Shown one piece after another: positions 1-10,900 of a stretch of DNA of 64,000 bases (position 1 is its first letter; the number at the start of each line of letters is the position of its first letter). Position numbers and translations under genes: made by a program. This DNA comes from Podarcis muralis. Its lineage: Eukaryota. The notes under the pieces were generated by a model. The model was not told the DNA's origin and ran no database searches. It saw nothing but the letters and a program-made list of their open reading frames with translations. The stretch spans positions 121,396,001 through 121,460,000 of the forward strand of contig NC_135656.1 in NCBI RefSeq assembly GCF_964188315.1. Reading direction: 5' to 3'.

Positions 1-340
1 AAGCATTCTGGGAAATGACACCTGACCCGACCAGAGACGAATGGTTGGTGAAGATGATGGACTATGCCGAAATGGTGAAAATGACAGGAAAATCAGAAAC
101 CAGGAAGATAGAAACTTTAATAAGGAATGGGGGGGATAGAAGTTACTTAAGAGAATACTGTAAACCACTAAAAACTTTGACAGGATTGTAATGCACAGTG
201 GTACCTCCATGAAAACCATGGAGGGGTAGAGGGAAGTGTAAGGATTCAGGGAATCCTAAATGTTGATGATTATGATTAATGTTTGAATTCAAATGTCTAT
301 TGTAAAATTGAATTTAAAAAAATATATTTTAAAAAAAAGA
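1..340 (+). mobile_element. 3' end of an L1-clade LINE (ORF2 C-terminus, 3' UTR, A-rich tail)
   Basis: Translates as EWLVKMMDYAEMVKMTGKIRNQED, resembling the ORF2 end at 38450-38560 (EWQMQLMDYMQLAEMTGRIRDQGE); A-rich tail at ~315-340. Confidence 0.7.
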
Positions 341-409
341 AAGATCTGGAGGGCACCAGGTGAGTGAAGGTTGAAAGTAAGATCCCTGGATCCAGTCTTA
401 TGCTATAGC

Positions 410-548
410 CAGGGCATTTTTTCCCCCGCCGGAACTCATCAGAGCTCAGCTCCAGCACCTCTCAGGTGGGTGACATTGCCAATCTAAGAGAACAAGGGAG
501 AAGTTCAAGGTGAGCTCCAGCACCTCTTTTTCTAGAAAAATAGCACTG
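410..548. mobile_element. hAT-type MITE
   Basis: Imperfect TIRs (CAGGGCATTTTT / AAAAATAGCACTG); 8-bp TSD GCTATAGC at 402-409 and 549-556. Confidence 0.7.
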
Positions 549-620
549 GCTATAGCTAAGCATTAAGTGGAATTTTCTGCAGTCGAACTTCTCCTCTGCC
601 CCTCCAGGCCCCACCCTTCA

Positions 621-1001
<381 letters not shown>

Positions 1002-1594
1002 CTAAGGGCTTTTCTGGGCAATATATAACTCTAAACAATGTGGGCACAAAAATGCCCCTTTGAGTGCTCAGTTTGTGTTCTAGAAAGGGAATAAGGGTGC
1101 AATCCCAAACCCACTTGCCTTGCAGGAAACCCTGTTCAATCATTCAGACTTATTTTTCATGGGTTGATTGCACTGTAAGTCAGTAAATATCACTTTCAGC
1201 CCAGCAAATTGTGGGCGGTTGAGTCCTTCGGTTTAAAAATAATAAGATATCACGAGGCCAGAAGGACTTCTTTTGCTCTTACTTTGAGTCTCCCTTGTGC
1301 AAGTGAAGTCAGCAGTAAGCAGAAAGTGGGTTGATACTCAGACCCAAATATATTCACCAAATGCATTGCACTTGCCTAAGCATGCAATGGGGGGGGGGGG
1401 ATGTTCTCTCAAACTGACCCAGCTATAATGGAGAGATCGGTAGAAGGAGAAAACTTTGTGCAACACACATAGATAAGCTAAGGAACTCACACCAACCTGG
1501 ATGGCCTTAAAAGGGAATTAGACAAATTCACGGAGGAAAGGGCTCTTCTGCTCAAATCCTGCTTTCGGGTTGCTCGCATCTGGTTGGCCATTGT

Positions 1595-1831
1595 GAAGAG
1601 TTTGGATTTGATATCCCGCTTTATCACTATCCTAAGAAGTCTCAAAGCGGCTAACAATCTCCTTTCCCTTCCTCCCCCACAACAAACACTCTGTGAGGTG
1701 AGTGGGGCTGAGAGACTTCAGAGAAGTGTGACTGGCCCAAGGTCACCCAGCAGCTGCAGGTGGAGGAGCGGGGAATCAAACCCAGTTCACCAGATTACGA
1801 GTCCACCACTCTTAACCACTACACCACACTG
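1595..1831 (-). mobile_element. tRNA-derived SINE (Squam3/MIR-like)
   Basis: Reverse complement of the copy at 12186-12430; tRNA-like head with A and B boxes, CTT-type tail. Family name from recall. Confidence 0.75.
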
Positions 1832-2094
1832 GTGAGAGCAGGATACTGGAATATATGAAATATATGGGCCCCTGTTGGCTGATCCAGGACTTTATTTCAG
1901 ACTGAGGAACATTTTTTTAAAAGAAAAAAAAATCACATCCCCTCCCACATTATCAGCACAAAATACTTTGTAACTAACACATCAATGAGCACTGGCTGAG
2001 CTCTCACAGTCCCTTCCCCTCTCTCCAAATGTTCAGTTGTACAATGCATGCAGATCTTCTTGCTATAGAATACATATAATCCACACACACATAC

Positions 2095-2467
2095 CTTCCA
2101 ACATTTCTCCAATGAAAATAGTGACGACCATTATTAGTAGTATTATTAGTATTAGTTTTAGTATCGTTATATTTATAAAATGATAGGGTTGCCCCAGCTA
2201 CTCCGGGCAGCTTTCAACCTATATAAAAACACGGCAAAAGTTTTAAAACTTCCCTATACAGGGCTGCCTTCAGATCTCTTCTAAAGGTTGTATAGTTACT
2301 TATCTCCTTAGCTTGGGGTCAGATAATTCCATACCCTCTAGCATTTCTCTAATGAAAATTGGGACATCCTAAGGAAAAGTGGGACACTCCTGGATCAAAA
2401 CAGAAACTGAGACGTCTTGTGTAAATCCAGGACTTTCCCTGGAAAACAGAGACACTCTGAGGGTCTG
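2095..2467. mobile_element. Small DNA-transposon-like element interrupted by an L2 3' fragment
   Basis: 2330-2467 is the reverse complement of the element at 28973-29097; L2 tail motif GGGCTGCCTTCAGAT at ~2260. Confidence 0.5.
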
Positions 2468-2619
2468 CACACATTCAACCACACTTGCAATCTTTGTATT
2501 AGGTAGTAATGCTGGTGATTGTGGAGAAAGCTGAAATAGGGACTGTTTCCCTTGTAAATAGGAACACCTGGAGCAGAGCGTGCAGAAACAAAGACATCCA
2601 CCTGCACCTACTAACTTAC

Positions 2620-2840
2620 CGCTTAACCTTCATTAATGGGGTTTGGGAAAAGTTGTATGGATGAAGAAGAATTTTATTTGGAGAGGTGTTTCCACTGATG
2701 AGGAAGTCTCCAGGGCGGTAGTAACTGCTTGCATCATTTTCATCCCTGATCAGATTCAAGGAGCATTTTGTCTTCAGGTGACCACAGATTCCACGAGGCA
2801 TTAGCAGCAAAAGTAGAAGCAGAACCACAAGAGAGATCAT
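2620..2840 (-). CDS. V2R gene A, exon 1 (221 bp, signal peptide)
   Basis: [31 protein letters not shown]...[11 protein letters not shown]; donor GTAAGT; phase compatible with exon 2 (221+292=513). Confidence 0.92.
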
Positions 2841-3441
2841 TCTGCCGTCTGCACCTTTCTTGTGAGCGCTCCTCTCTCCTCCTCAGTTAACTGATTAGAA
2901 GCCAAAAGCTATTGGAAGACCAAAGCTGCAGTGGCAATAAATTTATGCAAGCCTTCCCCACCCACCCACCCTTTTCCTGCTCTAAATCTTGACTCAGTCT
3001 GTCTCTGATGCAAGAGATATTCCGGGTTCCAACTTTTTCCCTCCCAAGGCGCAGTGCAAAAATTAACCTCAAGCTAGCTGCCTTTGATCCTAATGTGTAG
3101 GAAACCTCCAGCAATGTCTCCCAAGCTTCAGAAATAATAATTACTATGATTGTAATAATTATAAAGCCAAGGCAACTCGTCCCTTCAATATCCTGGAGAC
3201 TCTGTGTGGCTTGAGGAGCAGGTGTAGAGCTGGAGGAAAAAATGTATTTGTGAGAAATCGCAGATGTGGCTTCAAAGTATGATGTGAGTCGGCGTGGGGG
3301 GGAGTTTGGCCTGAACTTTGCTGAGAGAAAACTGACAGCCCTGGATGCAAAAGAGCAACAGCCCCATTCTAGTGTTATTCCACAGCAATTGACAGTCAGG
3401 AGCCTCTGATCCTAGGATTCTTTTTCAAAACCATCTAAGTT

Positions 3442-3790
3442 GGTAAAAGGTAAAGGGACCCCTGACCATTAGGTCCAGTCATGACCGACTCTGGGGTTGC
3501 AGCGCTCATCTTGCTTTATTGGCCGAGGGAGCCGGGGTACAGCTTCCGGGTCATGTGGCCAGCATGACAAAGCCACTTTGGGCGAACCAGAGCAGCACAC
3601 AGAAATGCCATTTACCTTCCCACCAGAGTGCTACCTATTTATCTACTTGCACTTTGACGCGCTTTCGAACTGCTAGGTTGGCAGGAGCAGGGACTCAGCA
3701 ACGGGAGCTCACCCCGTTGCGGGGATTCGAACCGCTGACCTTCTAATTGGCAAGCCCAAGGCTCAGTGGTTTAGACCACAGTGCCACCAG
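3442..3790 (-). mobile_element. Sauria SINE
   Basis: tRNA-derived head and ACCTTTACC-type tail; similar to copies at 22689, 27789 and 53227. Confidence 0.88.
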
Positions 3791-3903
3791 CATCCCATTG
3801 TATAGAAACATACAAATAGAAAAAAGCAGGGATTCAGACACAATATATGGCAAGCAAAGTTCCATGAATGTATTTGTCACAGTATACCCACTATTACAAG
3901 GCA

Positions 3904-4076
3904 TTCTTAACCTCGGGTTAAGAACTTTGCTTTAGGATGAGAACAGAAATCGTGCAGTAGTGGTGCAGCGGCAGCAGGAGGCCCCATTAGCTAAAGTGGT
4001 GTTTCAGGTTAAGAACAGTTTCAGGTTAAGAACAGACCTCCCGAACGAATTAAGTTCTTAACCCAAGGTACCACTG
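3904..4076. mobile_element. Tc1/mariner (Tigger-like) MITE, partial
   Basis: Ends in the TIR ...AAGGTACCACTG followed by TA; same family as 63551-63756. Confidence 0.7.
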
Positions 4077-4121
4077 TAAAATGTGGAAACATAGGTTGCT
4101 AGACCTTTAAACTGTGTTGTT

Positions 4122-4727
4122 TTGTTGTTTAGTTGTTTAGTCTTTTAGATACAGACTTACTGTACACTCTCCTTTGGATCAATCAGAGAAACTGGGACGC
4201 GGAAAGATTGTTGTTTAGTTGTTTAGTCATGACCCCATGGACCAGAGGACACCAGGCACTTCTGTCTTCCACTGCCTCCCGCAGTTTGGTCAGACTCATG
4301 CTGGTAGCTTCGAGAACACTGTCCAACCATCTCGTCCTCTGTCATCCCCCTCTCCTTGTGCCCTCAATCTTTCCCAGCATCAGGGTCTTTTCTCATGAGG
4401 TGGCCAAAGTATTGGAGCCTCAGCTTCACGATCTGTTCTTCCAGTGAGCACTCAGGGCTGATTTCCTTAAGAATGGATAGGTTTGTTCTTCTTGCAGTCC
4501 ATGGGACTCTCAAGAGTCTCCTCCAGCACCAGAATTCAAAAGCATCAATTCCTCGGCAATCAGCCTTCTTTATGGTCCAGCTCTCACTTCCATACATCAC
4601 TACTGGGGAAACCATAGCTTTAACTATATGGACCTTTGTCAGCAAGGTGATATCTCTGCTTTTTAAGATGCTGTCTAGGTTTGTCTTCGCTTATCTCCCA
4701 AGAAGCAGGTGTCTTTTAATTTTGTGG
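4122..4727 (-). mobile_element. Bov-B (RTE) LINE 3' fragment
   Basis: [27 protein letters not shown]...[11 protein letters not shown]; CAA-type tail. Confidence 0.9.
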
Positions 4728-5043
4728 AGGTAGAAGTTTGCATGGTGGACTGAGAGAAACAAAGGCTTGAGGGGGCATGACACAGTCTAGCAGGACAGCT
4801 TACTTTATGGTCTTAACCCCTTTATGCATAAATTAAACTTAAGCATTGTGGTTATATGAGACTGGTTATCCCACACTGCCCACCCAAAAATAAGGCAGAA
4901 TTTGGTTCCTTATTGAACACAGAACTATACCTCCATCGGGCACCAAACATTGCATGCATCTCAATCCCTCAATAGGCTGAGGGACACCTTTTTTCTTATG
5001 ATAATTCTACACAATATTTATTCTAATTCTTATTGCTATTATT

Positions 5044-5271
5044 CACCACTGCCACAATAAAGTTTTATCTGTACACAATAAAGGAGAAGGCACAAGGAGA
5101 AGGGGACGACAGAGGACGACATGGTTGGACAGTGTTCTCCAAGCTACAAACATGAGTCTGACCAAACTGCGGGAGGCAGTGGAAGACAGGAGGGCCTGGC
5201 GTGCTCTGGTCCATGGGGTCACGAAGAGTCGGACACAACTAAACAACAACAACAACAACAACAACAACAGC
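5044..5271 (+). mobile_element. Short Bov-B 3' end with extra 5' sequence
   Basis: (CAA)n tail; 28-bp TSD with one mismatch at 5016-5043 and 5272-5299. Confidence 0.85.
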
Positions 5272-5577
5272 ATTTATTCTAATTCTTATTGTTATTATTA
5301 ACATTCCTATCCTGCCTTTCCTCTCAAAAGAGTCCAGGGCAGAAAACAACAAAGCAGCAAGGCAATATAATTATGGACTGAACTCATGGATTGATGTAAG
5401 GCATGGTCTGCTCAAATATAATAAGATTCTGCCTGTTAGATCAGGTCAATGGTCCATCATCATCATCCCACAGCCTGCTCTCACAGCAGCCAACCCAGTG
5501 CCTCGTTTGAAATCTCACTACCAGGCCATGAGCAGAACAGAATTCTCCTCTCCTAAGGTTTGCAGCAAAGTAAAGTA

Positions 5578-6016
5578 GAGACATCACCTTGCCAACAAAG
5601 GTCCGTATAGTAAAAGCTATGGTTTTCCCAGCAGTGATGTATGGAAGTGAGAGCTGGACCATAAAGAAGGCTGATCGCCAAAGAATTGATGCTTTTGAAT
5701 TATTACCTCTCCATTCTGAAGGAAATCAGCCCTGAGTGCTCGCTGGAAGGACAGATCCTGAAGCTGAGGCTCCAATACTCTGGCCACCTCATGAGAAGAG
5801 AAGACTCCCTGGAAAAGACCCTGATGTTGGGAAAGATTGAGAGCACAAGGAGAAGGGGACGACAGAGGATGAGATGGTTGGACAGTGTTCTCAAAGCTAC
5901 CAGCATGAGTTTGACCAAACTGCGGGAGGCAGTGGAAGACAGAAGTGCCTGGCGTGCTCTGGTCCAGGGGGTCACGAAGAGTCAGACACGACTAAACGAC
6001 TAAACAACAACAACAA
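5578..6016 (+). mobile_element. Bov-B LINE 3' fragment
   Basis: [24 protein letters not shown]...GVTKSQTRLND, then (CAA)n. Confidence 0.9.
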
Positions 6017-6753
6017 GGTTTGCAGCAACTGGGTTCAGAAGCTAACTGGAGAGAAAGAGTTTGGCCATTGTGGCTATTGGCCATTAATCACTTTAAAGCC
6101 CACCCCATCCCTTGAGAAAATGTGACCAGCCCCTTTTGAACCCTCTGCCCTGCTTGTGAGCTTCCCAGAGCACCAATGGGAGATACAGGCTGCAAGACAA
6201 GACGGGCCTTTGTTCTAATCCAGCTGCAGGGCTCTTCAAAGGTTCTTGCGAACAAAGTTCAGGCCAAACTCCCCCTTCCCCTCACTTGGACTCATGACAA
6301 ACTTTCGAGATGCATATCACAAACATGTTTTTCTCTGGCTCTGCTCTATTCCATTAAGTCATGCAAACACCCTAGGAAGTTGCGAATGCAAAACTTCTTC
6401 TGCTATTAATTATCAAAATCATAGTGATTTAGTCTTCTGAAAGATATTTCTGGAGATTGCCAAAACATCAGAATCAACAACAGGATGCCGTTATTAATTG
6501 CACAGAGCCGGGTGGGGTAGTCTTTGCAGAGAATATCTCCTGTGTCAGAGACAGACTTTGTCAAGATTTATAACAGATGGAATGCTGGATGGGGAGTGGA
6601 TACGCCTGCATAGTGTTTAATAGCTCTGAAGTCATAGCTGAACACCTCCTCGATTAGGAAAGCCATTGCAGCTTTGGTCTTGCAAGAATTTTTGGCTTCT
6701 TTCAATTAGCTGGCTCTGGAGGTGACAAAAGAAGTGTAGGGGGCAGAGCCAGA

Positions 6754-7662
6754 ATGAGAGTCCTCCTAGTTCCATTGCTATTCCAACTGCTAATGATGCC
6801 CCATTCAGTCTTTGGGAACCTGAAGGCAATATGTCCCTTGAATCTGATCAGGGAACCAACTGATGCACACAATTACTACCGGCCTGGTGATTTCATCATT
6901 AGTGGGATCATATCTCCAAATATTATTATGGATCAACTTCCATACAACTTTTCCAAGACCCCGGTAGTCAAGTTTGGGGGGTGAGTAATTATATGTATCA
7001 TTTCAATGGTTCCTATTTTTCGATGAAATTGCCGCTATTTCAGGGCTGTGAAACCTGTGGCCCTACAGACGTCAATGGACCACAGTTCCCATTTTCTCTA
7101 ACCACTGGTCTTGCTGGCTCTGGCTGATGGGAGTTGGGAGTCCAGCAACAGGTTCCCCTATTTCCTCACCCTCTGGGTCTTCCCTAGTAAAATAACTCTA
7201 TCAATGTTGCTGTGTTGCCCCTTAGAGATGGTGACACAAAAATACAAATGAATCTGGTCAGGAATGAAAAAGGAAACATTAAATGATCTCACCTGCAGGA
7301 GGGAGATGAGGGTGCCGTGGAACTCATGCACTTTCCAAGGCGACAAGGTTTTATTTGGAATCAACTTGATCACCTCCCCCTCTTTCCTTTCTCTTTCTCT
7401 GATGGAGCTCCTATTTGGGGACTTCCCTGGCTTTTTTCTGGCCCAAGTAGGGCCAGTCTGGATAGTTGGCCTTGGTGAAGACTTGAGGTTTTCATCCCCC
7501 CAAAATTTTTTTATTTGAGTTCCTACTGAAATGAGGCTGCATTTTAATGTTTTAATGTTGTATTTTAATCTTGTTTTTAAGTTGTATTTCAATCATTTGT
7601 TTTTATACCTGCTGTCAGCCGCCCTGAGCCCAGTCTTGGCTGGGGAGCACGGGGTATAAATA

Positions 7663-7733
<71 letters not shown>

Positions 7734-7865
7734 GGGCAATATATAAACTGCCTAACCACAGTTGTCCTTAAGGAATGCAACAGTAAACATACAGAAGATC
7801 ATGTAACTCCTCAGTGAAATGAAAGGTTTCCTCCTCCAATCCAAGCCCTTTCTTTTTTTCTGTCA

Positions 7866-7901
<36 letters not shown>

Positions 7902-10900
7902 TAGCGGTTTGACACTTTTTGTTGATTTATTTATTGCAGTGGGACAGTTAGGTACTACTGGCACATCTTGTCCTTCTTGTTCACCATCCAGGAGATCAAC
8001 CAGAATCCCAGGCTCTTACCCAACATCACCCTGGGCTACAACCTCTATGAGAACTATTTAGATGTAAGGATGACTTCCGATGCCATGATAGACTTGCTTG
8101 GAGGCTGGGAAAGCAATATTCCGAATTATAACTGTGGGAGGAAAAATTACCTCCTGGCTGTCCTTGAAAGGGGGAAATTTGCAATTGCAAAACAGATTCA
8201 AGCCATGTCAGGCATCTACAAAATCCCACAGGTATGAAGGTGTGGCATGCAAGGGCAGAGTGAAATGTCAGCTCCATAAAATTCCACTTTCTCTTCAGGC
8301 CAGTCAATGTGGGACGTGGGGGGAAGGAGGGGGGGGAGAGAAAATCCTGAGCTATAGATCCAAGGCTCTTTTTTCCGAAACCCAGCCTTCACCAACTTGA
8401 ACCCTCCAGTGTTTCTGACTGTTAGATGGTAATTATTTCAGATTAATGAATATCTGGGCTGCCCAGAAAACAAGACACACACACACACCATGGCCTCACT
8501 GATGTGTCCAAAGGAAAGGAAAGGAAAGCAAGACGTTTGGCACTAGCTTGGCCCTAGAAGTTGCCAGAAGGAAGCACAAAAGATGCCACCCAACCAGAGC
8601 CACAGCTAGGTGATGTTGCACCTCTGGCAGAACCGTCCAGATTGCGCCCCATAGCCAAATTAGCTCTTCCTCCCGTCTTTGTCGTGCCACTCCAGTGATG
8701 GGCGCTGAAATGTCAGCAACCCTGATGGGGCGTGACCAAGCTGCTTTCACCAGGAAGAGCACCAGCACCAGTCTCTTTGAAAGCCAATTGGATTGTTCCC
8801 ATGAAGTCGGCCAGCTGGCCAGAGCTGGCCATGAAGTCGGCCAGAGACTTGGTGCCTCATTCTGTGGGCTTTTGCATTTCAATTTAGGAGACTTTCAAAG
8901 CCTCCTGTCAGGGGCGTTCCCACTCAGAAAGACAGCGAAGAATCTGAAGAGGAAGGAGGACAGTCTGAGGGGAGTAGAAATGGGATCCTCCTAAATTGAG
9001 GGTCCTGGTTGCGCTCAAGACCCTTAAGCCACCCCCATGGGGTGTGTTGTTGCTAAGCGTGGCCCAAGCCTTGTCTGTTGGGCCCCAGGATCGCACTTGG
9101 CTGTTTGGGTCAATTGGGGTGAGTGGCGTGATCCCGGGGACCTATAAATGCGGCAGCGCGACGGGGGTGGGGCACTTACGAAATAAGGTCCTGGCATACT
9201 GAGCATGCCCAAAGAATTTGGTAAGGGTGACCAATCACACGATGCTCTCTTTGTTTAAGAGGATAGTTAGTACGCATGCTCACACTGTTTGTCCTTTGGA
9301 CCAGCCATAGAGAGATAGCATGGCATATGCTTGAAGTGCCTTGAAAGGAAATAGGGTGAGGGAAACTCAGTATTTTGATTGAATAGGAAATTTAAACTTA
9401 GTGGAATGTATGGAATGTGCATTGTCAATGTATAAAATGGTATGGAATCCATTGGCGCGTGGCCACCTAATTTGGGGAAATATCCCTGCTGGTCCTTTCT
9501 GCACAGTACAGAAAGAAACACTCTGGACTACTTTTTCACTCATGGTCTCATGTGGTTTATTGGCATATCCAGGAGATGGAGCAAGCTTTTACCTACAACA
9601 ATGGTGCATCTGCCCCAGCTGCAACAAAACATTTCTCTCCTGTATTGGTTTTCACAGCCACAGCAAGCACTGTAACCTTCCAACCGTTTGACTTCACATC
9701 CAAAGGCGCATTTCTCCATTGTCTCCTGAGACAGATAGATGCCAGCCAATCAGATGCACCAGCTAGGTTCTTAAGGAGGGGCCAAGCTGGCACCTATGCA
9801 ACCATTAAATATCTTGTGCTTATCCTGAAAGCGAAACAAAGCACTAATATTTTCCTTTCCTCACTAGCTCAGTTATGGCTTCACCGCCCGGCTTCTTGAA
9901 GGCAAAACTGAGTTTCCTTCTATATACCAGATGTTCTCCAAAGAAGAAGCTCAGTACAAGGGGATTGTTGAGTTGCTCCTGTACTTTGGATGGACGTGGA
10001 TCGGCCTCCTTGCTCCAGAGGATGACAGCGGAGAAAGGTTTGTGGGTGCTTTGACACCTCAGATGGTCAGCAGTGGGATTTGCATCGCCTTCTCAAAAAG
10101 AATACCAGAAAATAATCTATATCTATTCATGAGCCTGAGTGAGCTATTTTTCATGCGGAGACAAGTCAGTGTAATTGTTTGCTATGTAACCAGTCTCAAG
10201 GGACTGGCACTCATCATGGCAGTAAACCAATTCTTTGAGAAGCAAACACAGGCAAAAGTCTGGATCACAACAACTTTTCAGGAAATCAATTCTGGCTCCT
10301 CATTTCCTCCTGCTTACTTCCGGTACATCCATGGTTCTCTCTCCTTTGTAACGAAGACCAAAATAAGGAGCAACAAACGTGACTACTATGAAGCAGACTC
10401 CCCGCTTCTTGATCGCTTTTTGGCAGAAGCATTCCGTTGCTCTTATTCAAAACATACGTTGTCCATGAAAAGCTGGGAAAGTTGCATAGAGGAGGAGAGA
10501 CTTGAGACTTTGCCCCAGGAGGAGCTGGAGAGAGCCCTGTCTCAAGACAGCTACAGCACTTACGTCAATGTTCATGCTGTGGCTCAGGCCTTAAATGCTG
10601 CGGTTTCATCTAGGTCAAAACAGATGATGGTGCTGAGAGAAGGAGATGAATGGGATCATCACAGGCTACAGCCATGGCAGGTATATTCTTCCTGCTTTTG
10701 CAAGCCACAAACCATTGTCATCATAATCATAATAATAATTTGTTATTTATATCCCGCCCATCTGGCTGGGTTTCCCCAGCCACTCTGGGCGGCTTCCAAC
10801 ACAATATTAAAATACAGTAATGCATCAAACATTAAAAGCTTCCCTAAACAGGGCTGCCTTCAGATGCCGTCTAAAAGTCTAGTAGTTGTTGTTCTCTTTG

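Noticed and set aside
8500-9560. LTR or internal promoter in gene B intron 2 (TATAAAT at ~9142, short direct repeat CCATGAAGTCGGCCAG)
   Set aside because: Could not define termini, a TSD or a polyA signal by eye.
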